Source: a virus (lineage: Duplodnaviria; Caudoviricetes). From it: DNA of 33,360 nucleotides. This document shows, piece after piece, positions 33,121-33,360 of this stretch. The stretch lies in IMG/VR virus record IMGVR_UViG_3300005764_003243, positions 1 through 33,360 of that record; one strand, 5' to 3'. Below the pieces are notes generated by a model, which was not told the DNA's origin, did no database searches, and saw only the letters and a program-made list of their open reading frames with translations. Every line of letters begins with the position of its first letter. The first letter of the stretch is position 1. Both the position numbers and the translations under genes were made by a program.

Positions 33121-33360
33121 ATGGATTCGCCCGGGCTCGACATTCCAAAGCAGATTGCCGGTAACGTCGTCGGCGGGCTCGCCGCGCTTACCTCGATTAA
33201 GTCGGGCGGGCTCGCGAATTATTTTATCAACCGGCAACGCGCGCTTGCCGACCCGGGCTTTCGGGCGACGCTTGCGGGGTCGCCTTTTACCGCGGGGCAG
33301 TTTTTCGTAAGCGGCGGCCGCGGCGGCGTCGCGCAACCGGGCGCCGGTATGCCCGCACCG
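33121..33360 (+). CDS. Partial CDS, probable internal virion protein
   Basis: MDSPGLDIPKQIAGNVVGG... is open to the window end. Confidence 0.55.
   Translation, partial: MDSPGLDIPKQIAGNVVGGLAALTSIKSGGLANYFINRQRALADPGFRATLAGSPFTAGQFFVSGGRGGVAQPGAGMPAP

Overview
A ~33 kb, high-GC piece of a temperate tailed phage with podovirus-type morphogenesis genes. It appears to be in its free/excised form: an attP carrying the 3' half of tRNA-Lys(CTT), arm repeats and an IHF box lies beside a tyrosine integrase. Left to right: integration and immunity genes (Int, XRE, Xis-like, Cro-like); a recombination pair (annealase-like plus PD-(D/E)XK nuclease); an orphan IS66 TnpA/TnpB-like pair with no transposase; a leftward operon (TerS-like, TGT/DpdA-like plus QueC, four modular fibre genes, terminase ATPase domain); a ~0.85 kb hairpin-rich non-coding centre; and a rightward operon (outer-membrane beta-barrel, collagen-like protein, holin candidate, GH19-like endolysin, terminase nuclease domain, portal, scaffold, N4-gp56-type capsid, adaptor, nozzle, fibre, two GNATs, ejection proteins). 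Most notable: the large terminase is split into two genes ~10 kb apart on opposite strands; IS66 accessory genes look domesticated; there is a minimal 7-deazaguanine module; leaderless promoter motifs recur; and several structural-region proteins carry signal peptides. All family calls are from motif recognition by eye, not database searches.
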